DNA of 63,948 nucleotides, filler included, from Reclinomonas americana ATCC 50394 (Eukaryota): NCBI GenBank assembly GCA_048213135.1. It is 11 parts of 11 records of this genome, joined end to end, with 100 filler letters (N's around TTAATTAATTAA, not from the genome) between each part and the next. Parts side by side here need not be neighbours in the genome. Positions count along the whole stretch, not along the records: positions 61,481 to 62,762 come from AFZH01020864.1; positions 62,863 to 63,948 come from AFZH01020872.1; 9 more parts are not named here. One strand, 5' to 3'. Shown piece by piece: positions 62,451 to 63,948 of this stretch (position 1 is its first letter; each line of letters starts with the position of its first letter). The notes under the pieces were generated by a model. It saw only the letters and a program-made list of their open reading frames with translations, ran no database searches and was not told where the DNA came from. The position numbers and the translations under genes were made by a program.

Positions 62451-62869
62451 TGAGCGTACAACCACGCATCATCATCCTCTATCGTGTTCTACTCATGATC
62501 AGTCGACGTCGCAATTGCTGCTCTTCTGCTTTTTCTTCTCTCCTTCACTTCGTCAGCTTCTTCTTCTTCTTCCTTTCTTCTTCAGAAGTTGGCTGTTTCT
62601 TCTTCTTCTTCTTCTTCTCTCTCTTTCTCCTCCTTCAGCACTATCTTCTTTCTTCTTCTTCTTCTTTCTCTTCCTCTTCCTCCTCCTCCTCCTCCTCCTC
62701 CTCCTCCTCTTCCTCCTCCTCCTCCCCCCTTTTCCTTCTCCTTCTCCTCCTCCTCCTCCTCCNNNNNNNNNNNNNNNNNNNNNNNNNNNNNNNNNNNNNN
62801 NNNNNNTTAATTAATTAANNNNNNNNNNNNNNNNNNNNNNNNNNNNNNNNNNNNNNNNNNNNCGTGTGT

Positions 62870-62905
<36 letters not shown>

Positions 62906-63108
62906 CACATACATGAAAACGCGGGCTGGCTGCGACGAAGAAGCCTCTCTCTCGCCCCGTTTTCCTTGTCACCGAACCTGTGGCCATCCGCTTCCCCCTG
63001 ATCCGTGAGAGCGTAGCTTGTTTTCTCCCTTTCCCCCTTTCTCTCTGGTCATCCTCTCTCTTCATACCCTCCCTATTCTCATATCCCTTTCCCCCGTGCA
63101 CCTCCCAG

Positions 63109-63899
63109 CTACGTGGACCTCAGTCGCGGCCCATGCAAAAAATACGACGCCTCCTGGCGCGTCGACACCTTCCGTGTGGTGGAGCGCGGTGGCCAAGTGT
63201 ACTGCTCCTCGCAACCGGCAGCACCCATGTCACCACCGTCATCACCGCAACTCGCCGCCGCCGGCCCTTCCTCCTCCTCCGCAGCAGCCGCACCACCACC
63301 ACCAACAGCCGCCGCCAAGAGAATGTCTGCCGCCCGACAGCTACTACCAATGGACCACCCACCACAGCCGGCGCAACCGCAGTGGAGCGACTGGCGGATT
63401 GAGCGTGTGGATCAGGTGACGCACGACAGTCGCCTGTACCACTTGGTGCCGGTGCAACCGGAGCTGCTGGCACCGGCGCCGCCGTCGCTGCGACAGCACG
63501 CGTGGCATGTGCGTGCGCGGTTGGGCGGTGTGGAACGCGACTACACACCCGTGTCGGCGTTGGCCGACTGGCCGCGCTTTGCGGATTTGCTGATCAAGAT
63601 CTACTCGACGGGCGCCTTTACGCAGTCGCTTGCTGCCCTCGATGTCGGCGATCACGTGCCACTGTGGTCGGCAGCCGAGGTGACGCTGCTGCTGCCGTCG
63701 CTGTCGCACGTTGATTTGGCCAACGAGATGGGCCTGCTGGAGGTGGACGACGTGGGTGGGGAGCCGCAAGTGGATGCCGTGGACGCCAGGCAGGAGGCCA
63801 AGGGCGTCGTGCGGCAACAGCCACCCAAGCACGTGGTGCTCGTGTGTGGCGGAACTGGCGTCACGCCCATGCTGCAGATATTGGAAACACTGTTGTCCT
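63109..63899 (+). CDS. Exon encoding a Rieske-like domain C-terminus, a linker and a cytochrome b5 reductase-like FAD/NAD-binding domain (partial gene; not in the ORF track)
   Basis: One frame from 63110: YVDLSRGPCKKYDASWRVDTFRVVERGGQVYC...WRIERVDQVTHDSRLYHL...ERDYTPVS...LLIKIYSTGAFTQSL...HVVLVCGGTGVTPMLQIL. The RxYTP and GGTGxTP motifs are diagnostic of the FNR/b5R family. Confidence 0.8.
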
Positions 63900-63948
63900 G
63901 TTGCGTTAACAAGATCTCCCTCCTTTCCCTTCTCTCTCTCTCACTCTC

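Overview
Eukaryotic (protist-like) nuclear DNA: GC-rich, gene-dense and extremely intron-rich. It is a draft scaffold in which 10 gaps are filled with an artificial 100-nt spacer (N44-TTAATTAATTAA-N44). Most entries in the six-frame ORF track are exon fragments or artefacts, so gene models were rebuilt by hand by joining GT-AG introns in frame. Recognisable genes: the 3' end of an RGS-domain gene followed by a 7TM-RGS gene, a tetraspanin-like protein, two ABCC/MRP transporters, an F-box multi-TM protein, FKBP-TPR, bystin, a class-3 lipase, a triple-RRM protein, glutamate-cysteine ligase, a triple PsbP/Mog1-like repeat protein, NAA15, a stand-alone RIIa micro-protein, a PH protein, SDHAF4, a cathepsin D-like protease, and a partial Rieske-like/FAD-NAD reductase gene. 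The best candidate for a new system is at 56.4-61.3 kb. There, a predicted HEPN (RxxxxH) RNase domain is fused to an ~8-TM protein with a luminal PSI-like Cys-rich loop and an acidic dileucine sorting signal. It lies next to an intronless STAND-like P-loop NTPase with a degenerate Walker A. Other notable observations: a frequent non-consensus 5' splice-site class (GTTGCG), altered NBD1 motifs in both ABCCs, and a regional switch from ~60-100-nt introns to repeat-filled introns of 0.6-1.5 kb. All domain assignments are by eye, with no database searches.
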